A DNA stretch of 42,637 nucleotides from a virus. Taxonomy: Duplodnaviria; Caudoviricetes. Each line of letters opens with the position of its first letter. Position 1 is the first letter of the stretch. Under the pieces are notes generated by a model. The model saw only the letters and a list, made by a program, of their open reading frames with translations. It had not been told where the DNA came from and ran no database searches. Location: positions 1-42,637 of the IMG/VR virus record IMGVR_UViG_3300033076_000526; one strand, given 5' to 3'. The position numbers and the translations under genes are program-made. Shown piece by piece: positions 37,901-42,637 of the stretch.

Positions 37901-38661
37901 GCAGTTACAGCTCCTAATACAGCTTCTTCTGCTAATACTTCAGTAATTATACCTGCTGTATAGCCAAAGTTCATTAGTGCATTATTAAAGAAAGAACCAG
38001 CTCCACCCTTTGATGAGTAACCAATTGCAGTTGCTTCTTCATATGCTCTTGCTTCTTGTAGATCTGCACCAAAGTCACCAGAAAAAGCTTTTGCTAAACT
38101 CTTTGGTCCTGACACAAAACCCATACCTACTAGTGGTAAGAATGAATAGTTCATCATTCTTTTAAAGTCATCCCAACCTGTTGTATTAGCATTAAAGTTT
38201 GCCTCATTATCTCTCAATGGAGTAAAGCCAATCTTGTCAAATTTTTCTTGACCGTAGGCAGCATATCTATTGTAGAATGCATTACCCTTAGGACCAGAAT
38301 CATATTGATAAATTCTAGCATAGGTATTTTTATCTTGATTAGCTTTTATACCACTATGAATATAATCACCAATACCTGCTAGTAAATCTTTAGATGATGT
38401 TCCCGGAGGTGGTCCAGGTTTAGATGGAGGTGTACCTACAACATTTTTCTTTACATTAAGTTGCTGTTGATTTAATCCATCAAATTGTGGCATCACAGAT
38501 CTAAAAGAATCTGGTGCAGGAAAATTAATTTCAGGCATTTGAATTCTATCCCCCTCAAATGGGAGCATAGCTTGAGGAGTATTTGGAAGATTTAATCCTC
38601 CATAACTTGATCCTAATGCATCTAGAGGACTAAAGCCTTCATTGTTATTTTCAGTAGCCAT
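31945..38661 (-). CDS. giant putative virion cargo protein with coiled coils and C-terminal PD-(D/E)XK nuclease domain, 2238 aa
   Basis: Gly/Ala-rich hydrophobic N-terminal segments, EGLQENAQE motif, long heptad region, then RVTS...GTKVD...VAGTVDLL...IYDIKT...QLSLY. Confidence 0.8.
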   Translation of the reverse strand: MATENNNEGFSPLDALGSSYGGLNLPNTPQAMLPFEGDRIQMPEINFPAPDSFRSVMPQFDGLNQQQLNVKKNVVGTPPSKPGPPPGTSSKDLLAGIGDYIHSGIKANQDKNTYARIYQYDSGPKGNAFYNRYAAYGQEKFDKIGFTPLRDNEANFNANTTGWDDFKRMMNYSFLPLVGMGFVSGPKSLAKAFSGDFGADLQEARAYEEATAIGYSSKGGAGSFFNNALMNFGYTAGIITEVLAEEAVLGAVTALSGGFGGAVAATRTASNLSRIGKGFSQAFYMDRVANVAGKALSSLKNTQAARTFWKAANSPAGKFFNPLSNTFEAVSNVSKLGKFDNLTGLAKLSKTAGGFYADVRNLNAAFSEGRLEGGLVENSIYDRLYNEYWEKNGKAPSDKEDYDMRKMARDASSETIAWNTGLVFLSNNITFNNILKPSGGMRRLLQGKTAELMATAEGKIVAEATQIAGGKAIQAEAKYIKNSFKEGLKAFKEAPVRKTLGALGTYTKANIVEGLQENAQETIAQATENYYIDLYKSDAVRSHLFARAAQTNGMRSKFSYYSDAWAEQNPFTDKGFETFATGFVMGIFGGGLNMIPGFVSKGYNKMFKTEEYQKYLDTKHKYGEQLAATLNTQLFKDPLKVFDQRLLNLAIQEQAGKTKATGSRKLTIDANDDAFTSAVITAMTTNSFDAFREQVGSYKNLTAEEFEDAMKLEKGQGEKYLNKIDSVLQRMDEIQSDFNEINDRYPDPIDISGYKKGTEAYNKAAVYLSAWRTAKNNAIFLGQTHKNAKKRMDQITSVLRAKKPLSKMSDTELMVLLDTDRIPSEIGMLKTEIESSKGLVSAAELKKKERILAAMQDLQKKVDYYYRYDNAELESKIASMREQGAFKNIIEDGVVLDEQEAEDRTRELIRKRLNVKEKTDQNTTRAESDLELSYKEYLKAISDVNKDEYLERNADEAFEYILDRYKLGREASVLNKYVNLLYNPQEFMNHVERNFEWMTKAYENRKEYYDSLVQQELSDIELNALLNELADRNVYVSADDIYEFRRNNRIPDEFYDDSRKVVIRRGNPEYDQYAALFMQAVRLKEFNPKSKRNINERVLLELSQLSAQEQEELSALPQVEKRKEKGDLDKLGKESVKLSEVLNQIQSGDTLSAFYLVDGQPNEIIVYRDGEQFKFDNKNGEVIDPTQLDYDIIDGKLFTLEMVPADALEAQKIKNKFAEKREEVLRRAIDDIESTPQVERQEFVPFTINTPIEQLDRSLYTDLQVEFNDFLAEKDKDGNYVNKDKNGEPLIDVYSRLTDEELLEKFEEFVRENSRAKQVIEVYNAEMQAKKLEEKVLNVIPPVIIYNGKEVDMAAVSIDEAKRILADLQSQFNAKPKNDLTNEEREELLLDEINISYLKRYIDDVEALDRDTEEIEDEVSSEVEGLAAETAKRRQLAEQALQRRIDLVDEKKKLIEKEESEISDTLDYLQQLLDNTVELTGVQVEDLINKIEQLDKTTAQLLKANQKKQSGKIKERSRMYKQQLRREFSIANDIMNRVRELKQQQEQLNAIKRDLKKQADYYRNLLADPKFDLFTKTDIRNKIQKIEKKMNTIQKLIEILRGAISKSLEYIKEYLNIWKKQNSALSKLKKTTGFRELSTEELGALIKATDEISKMTVDDYADVKRQVSKLERDINNTMDSVEFIDEVREQEQNRMLELEGALQKYQDQIRYLSELLDPVVEETIREPLTSGEIKSPVPTEVRTQTVEEVFEQEEQTTILSTFSLADIADLENALTSERVGRPLTPQEEKLESVRSVIRDVLRNASFIKLSEDGTKYVNTKTGKEYQRVTSYTKEEDIKDPILPNESIEEYRKRLTDQGYKPEDVNRKLIMASSQIIGTKVDDFIRDFFSGKVKDISKYNFAPVEEIEKLRTRLEEIKRTLDDKGEIVLANNVVLYNDDLGVAGTVDLLTFDVNGDIRIYDIKTMRGNQFAETYTGDSRVKYESNKFGKSNRQKHTEQLSLYRILLNNTHGLKAKMLGIMPIALDYAGGDTSSNTIDLLKGLEITPQDAVGNAVLVEQKSTAESVQDSPQATTGIKVATDIQKELRQQLNQMGYSNTTIDLLPKAEIEYIIRNGIPREQYANRIVTETLSDEEGHFWALKGDPIVIKSITDKGVNIGKVNRNSSIFITFKQLQDSTEMSTAVKPKAPVAKATPEQQTILKESTDLAQDVIKKEINNVEDRIKDAKLEDLETDVFTFPIC

Positions 38662-41596
38662 TTACACGTTGATTATTTGCAGAGTATGTCTCATTAAATC
38701 CATTAATAACTAAGTCTCTAAGATCACTTAGATTTTGTTTTGCATTGTCAGCAATTGTTGTAAATTGACCAACATCCCATTTGTTCTCAATTGGATCAAA
38801 TACAGGAACAGAATAGTTTATTTCATAACTACCATCTCCACCAATTTTAGAACTTTTGATATTCATTGAATATCTATCATCTATTGGGTTACTCCAGTTG
38901 TAAGTATTATTTCTGTCTACATATGCAGCAAGCGGATCTACAAACATGCTATTGTACATATCACTTTGGAATGCTTTTCTATCCATGATAAAAGAGATAC
39001 CATTCTCCATAACTTGTTTTGCTTGTCTTGGAGATAATAGACCACCTGTTACATTACCGTCATCATCTACTTTACCAGTAAGCTTTTGAATAAGATCTGG
39101 AGGTAATTGGAAGATATATGCAGACTTACTTGCATTGTTCATTGCAATAGGTGCAACCCCCATTTTAAAATTAAACCCTTTAGGTGCAGTATCCATTGAT
39201 CTTTGTAGCTCTGTAAGAATAGCTCTTGTAGTTTCATCACTTAATTTATCTTTAGCACCTGTCTGGCTGATACCACCAATACTGATTCTTACATTTGGAG
39301 CTCCAAGATCTTGTGATCTAATGTTGTTAAGTACTTGTCCATAATGATAATTACCCCAAGAACTTTTTGGATTAATTACAGTAAACTGTGCTTTACCAAA
39401 CATACCACTACCATCAGATAATTTTTCTAATCCTGGTATTGCTTGTTTATTTGTTATCTTAGAAACTCTTGTAGGATCTGTTACAATTTGTCTTGCAGAA
39501 CTGATTAGTTTGCCATAATTGTATTCATCTGGTACTTGTACTTTTGTTATATCTAGCTTTTTATTACCTGAATAATAAGCAGCTAATGCAGCACCACCTT
39601 GAGAGCCCAATGAGCCTGTTGCTCCTGTAGATCCAGAAGGTGTACCCTTTTCCCAAGTTTTACCATATGTTTTTCTAACTAGATCATAATATTGTTTTTC
39701 ACTTCTTATGTTTCCGTTTTCATCATATAGTAATTCCGCACCTTTAAGACCTTGTTTCTTTAATTCTTTTTCTACCCCGGTAGCTAAATCTTTTTCAAAC
39801 TTTTTGCTTTCTCCTAAGAAAAGTAAGTAATCATTAAACTTAGTTGATGAAACAGCTAACTCATTTTGTACATTTTTAACACTAGACAGTTCAGAGTTTT
39901 GTGAAACAAAGTTTTTGAATCTATAGTTAATAGCATTCATCCACTTAGTACCAACCTTATCAGTTAAGAAACTATTTGGATTATTTTGGATTTGAGTAGC
40001 CCACTTATTTAAATCAGCATACTTATCTTCATTACCATTAATGATGTAGTTTATTTGCTTTTGTGTTAACTTCTTGCCTGTTTTTGGATCTGTAGCTTCA
40101 GTCAAGACTCTCATCATAGTATTGAAATATGGTACCGCATAGTTTTGAGTATATCTCTGCTGTACAATCTCATTCTCTTGTCTCAAGTTTGTTTTAGAAG
40201 TAGAAGTTCCAGAATCTAAAATTTCAGTAAAGAAGTGTGATTGATCAAATTTTTCAACTAGTTCACCTTTTTCATTTAACATGTGTGTACCGGCCTCAAG
40301 CTTATACTTTCTGTCATCAACCTTAGCTTTTAGATCAGCTTTATATTCAGCAAGCTTTCTATCATTCTGGTACTTCTGATTAGCAAGAGCCATATTTTGT
40401 TGAAACTTCTCCTGATTAACCTGGTATGGGTTAGCATCAACATCTTGAAAGTAATTTCTAAATGCATATACATGAGCTGCTTCACCAAGTGTTTTCTGCA
40501 TCATTGAAGAAGCTACTCCAGAATCTACTTTATATCTAAATGATTTGAGATCTCCATATGGGTTATTTGCGTCAGCCCCCTGGTTAGTTTCCATAAGAGC
40601 ATTTTCCTTTTCAATTCTTTCAAGAACTTGTTGGTTAATCTCTTTATTCATTTGATATTGATCAAGAGCCTTTTGTAATCTAGGATCTTTATTACCAGCA
40701 TCAATTTGAGCTTTGATGTCTTTCATTTTATTATCATAGACTACACTTTGCTCTTGCATTTGTTTATAAGCAGCCTGATTTTGAGTCTTCATGATATTAA
40801 ATTTATCTTGAAGATATTTCATTTCAGCAGCTTCTTTATCTCCACCAAACTGAGCAGCATTATATTCAGCATAGTTCTTTCTTTCTACATATGCTTTAGA
40901 TTTAAAATATGCTTGTATAGTAGGATCATTTCCAAGTCTAGCTTCAAATAACTTTTGTAATGGTTCTTCCAGTTGTTCACCATTTTTAGTTTTAATAACC
41001 CATCTTTTGTCATCACTAAAACTAACAGATTGTATATCACCAAAGTCTTTTGCAATCTCATTGGCTTTGCCCATGACATCAACATTTGGTGTATACTTAA
41101 CATTTGCAAAAGTCATTGCTTCTTCATCTGAAGCATTTTTAAACTCTTCTGTTTTATATAGAATTTCTTGTACTCCTGTATCCCAGTATTGTTTATTAAT
41201 TTCTGGGTCTAGTGAATTTCTTAAACTTTCAGCACCGGCAAGTTCAGCATTTTTATTCTTAGTGAATGCCATGTCTTTCATGAGATCTTTATTCTCATAG
41301 AAAGGTCTAAATACTTGTGTGGCTTGTCTTACATTTTGCTCAAGAGATAAATCAAGTTGAGATATTTTCTTTAAGTTAAACTGAGCATCTTTGATAAAAG
41401 AATCTCTTGCTGCAATATTTTTGTCCCTGGTAAGTTCTGCATAATAGTACTTGCTATACATATTATTAAGAGCCTTCCAGTTATTGTCATACTGAGTCTG
41501 TTTTGTTTGTAAAACATTACCATAAAAGTTTAGATCAGGCTGAAAAGGCTGAAACTGTGGTATGTAGTCCGTAACTCCCTGTAAGTAGGTTGCCAT
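38651..41596 (-). CDS. large putative virion cargo protein, 981 aa
   Basis: Long ORF with N-terminus YIPQFQPFQPDLNFYGNVLQTKQTQYD; helical/coiled-coil; upstream of the other giant genes. Role inferred from synteny. Confidence 0.7.
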   Translation of the reverse strand: MATYLQGVTDYIPQFQPFQPDLNFYGNVLQTKQTQYDNNWKALNNMYSKYYYAELTRDKNIAARDSFIKDAQFNLKKISQLDLSLEQNVRQATQVFRPFYENKDLMKDMAFTKNKNAELAGAESLRNSLDPEINKQYWDTGVQEILYKTEEFKNASDEEAMTFANVKYTPNVDVMGKANEIAKDFGDIQSVSFSDDKRWVIKTKNGEQLEEPLQKLFEARLGNDPTIQAYFKSKAYVERKNYAEYNAAQFGGDKEAAEMKYLQDKFNIMKTQNQAAYKQMQEQSVVYDNKMKDIKAQIDAGNKDPRLQKALDQYQMNKEINQQVLERIEKENALMETNQGADANNPYGDLKSFRYKVDSGVASSMMQKTLGEAAHVYAFRNYFQDVDANPYQVNQEKFQQNMALANQKYQNDRKLAEYKADLKAKVDDRKYKLEAGTHMLNEKGELVEKFDQSHFFTEILDSGTSTSKTNLRQENEIVQQRYTQNYAVPYFNTMMRVLTEATDPKTGKKLTQKQINYIINGNEDKYADLNKWATQIQNNPNSFLTDKVGTKWMNAINYRFKNFVSQNSELSSVKNVQNELAVSSTKFNDYLLFLGESKKFEKDLATGVEKELKKQGLKGAELLYDENGNIRSEKQYYDLVRKTYGKTWEKGTPSGSTGATGSLGSQGGAALAAYYSGNKKLDITKVQVPDEYNYGKLISSARQIVTDPTRVSKITNKQAIPGLEKLSDGSGMFGKAQFTVINPKSSWGNYHYGQVLNNIRSQDLGAPNVRISIGGISQTGAKDKLSDETTRAILTELQRSMDTAPKGFNFKMGVAPIAMNNASKSAYIFQLPPDLIQKLTGKVDDDGNVTGGLLSPRQAKQVMENGISFIMDRKAFQSDMYNSMFVDPLAAYVDRNNTYNWSNPIDDRYSMNIKSSKIGGDGSYEINYSVPVFDPIENKWDVGQFTTIADNAKQNLSDLRDLVINGFNETYSANNQRVNGY

Positions 41597-41629
41597 AAGT
41601 AATTCTTTATATTATAAAAATATCAAAAT

Positions 41630-41658
41630 TTTTTAAGTTTAATAAACTTAAAAAGTTT
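41630..41658. promoter_or_regulatory. AT-rich overlapping inverted repeats upstream of the 981-aa gene
   Basis: AAGTTT (41635), AAACTT (41644), AAGTTT (41653) at 9-nt spacing; TTTTTAAGTTT-AAT-AAACTTAAAAA is a perfect 11-bp inverted repeat. Confidence 0.5.
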
Positions 41659-41662
41659 AAGG

Positions 41663-42637
41663 CTAGAGGTTTATGGCTGGAAATACTGTATAGATAAAAC
41701 CTCCATCACGGAATGTTGTAGCTCCTCCATACTTACCTTTACCATATTGTATCTTAACCATTTCTCTTAACAATTGTGGATCTACACCTTTATTAGCTGC
41801 AACATATTCATCCATTGTCATTTCTGGTTTAGTAGCTGTAACGTCTTTGGCTCTTGGATCTGCATAGACTCTACCTCCAGCAGAAGGAGATACTTGATAG
41901 TCCGGATACATTTGGTTAAGTGCATCAGTCTTCCACTTATTAGTAACTGCAGTATTGTAAGCTTGAGCCATATTAGCTCTACCCTGACGTTTTGCATTTT
42001 GGAACTGCTGGTCTGCAATTACATTCTTATCATAAACTCTGTTAGCCATTTGCTGGTTTAACATTTGTTCTTGATTTCTAATACCAACTTGTTGCCCCTC
42101 AAACTGATTGGCAATACCAACATTTTGATTATTAATTCTAGATAGAGTGTCTGCAGCTGCTGCAGCTCCCTTACCTTGAATTGCAGATAACCTAGCTCCA
42201 AGAGCTTGTGGTCCAGCAAATTGTGCAGTTGCTTGAGCTGCAATATTAGCTTGTTCAGATTGTGCGGCAAGTTCTCTTGTAGGATCTAAGAATGTAGGTC
42301 TTGGTTCTTCAAGATCAACTCTTGCTTCCCAAGGCATTCTCTTTCTTACACCCATAAGATCCCCAAATGCACCTGCAGCATTTACAGTATCTTGTAACCA
42401 CCATTCAGCTTCTCTTACGGGTGGAGTACTAATTGACATATCACTGCCTTCTTCTGTTATTTCTTCTTCACACTTTTCACAGTTACCATTTGCATCTTTA
42501 CCTACAGTATATTCTGTACCGTCAGATTTTTTACACTTACATTCTTCAAGACATGGTAAACAATTACCCTTATCATCTTTCTTTGCAAACTTTCCAGGTA
42601 TTACATTACCCTGTGCATCTTTACATGGACAATCTTG
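41663..42637 (-). CDS. C-terminal part of a putative virion protein, truncated by the window edge
   Basis: Frame stays open beyond the track start (42439) to 42637, adding QDCPCKDAQGN...CLPCLEECKCKKSDG...CEKCEEE; Gln/Asn/Ala-rich helical region; KYGG and RDGG near the C-terminus. Confidence 0.8.
   Translation of the reverse strand, partial: QDCPCKDAQGNVIPGKFAKKDDKGNCLPCLEECKCKKSDGTEYTVGKDANGNCEKCEEEITEEGSDMSISTPPVREAEWWLQDTVNAAGAFGDLMGVRKRMPWEARVDLEEPRPTFLDPTRELAAQSEQANIAAQATAQFAGPQALGARLSAIQGKGAAAAADTLSRINNQNVGIANQFEGQQVGIRNQEQMLNQQMANRVYDKNVIADQQFQNAKRQGRANMAQAYNTAVTNKWKTDALNQMYPDYQVSPSAGGRVYADPRAKDVTATKPEMTMDEYVAANKGVDPQLLREMVKIQYGKGKYGGATTFRDGGFIYTVFPAINL

Noticed and set aside
201-42270. 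Numerous 60-130 aa antisense or out-of-frame ORFs in the track (e.g. 201-590, 5767-6105, 21656-21991, 32057-32386)
   Set aside because: They overlap or nest in long motif-bearing genes and show the Ser/Leu/Phe/Ile-rich composition of shadow frames.
17548-42637. Genome-wide stop-codon reassignment (TAG=Gln or TGA=Trp), known in some crAss-like phages
   Set aside because: ORFs up to 11 kb are open in the standard code, and TAG/TGA end several genes at sensible positions.

Overview
AT-rich, densely coded fragment of a crAss-like (Crassvirales-type) dsDNA phage genome read in the standard genetic code. A Bacteroidota host is inferred from TAnnTTTG promoter boxes and mostly SD-less, A-rich leaders. 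The + strand (1-17533) carries the replication, recombination and metabolism block: DnaB helicase, Sak4-like ATPase, SSB-like protein, primase, GIY-YIG nuclease, VWA-metallopeptidase with MoxR ATPase, PD-(D/E)XK exonuclease, family B DNA polymerase, NTP pyrophosphatase, 2OG-Fe(II) oxygenase and hotdog thioesterase. It converges at a terminator (~17523-17547) on a - strand block of giant putative virion cargo proteins, including a 3674-aa single-chain virion RNA polymerase (DYDVD motif). Most notable: (1) an unannotated 57-aa microprotein with its own promoter box, ending in a ribonucleotide-reductase-like acidic CxxC tail; (2) a free-standing GIY-YIG homing endonuclease that has replaced the 3' end of the NTP pyrophosphatase gene and left the old 3' end stranded downstream; (3) three giant in-frame ORFs with terminal cysteines facing each other across single stop codons; (4) a shared domain in the two genes flanking the MoxR/VWA pair. 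All calls come from motif recognition by eye; no searches were run.
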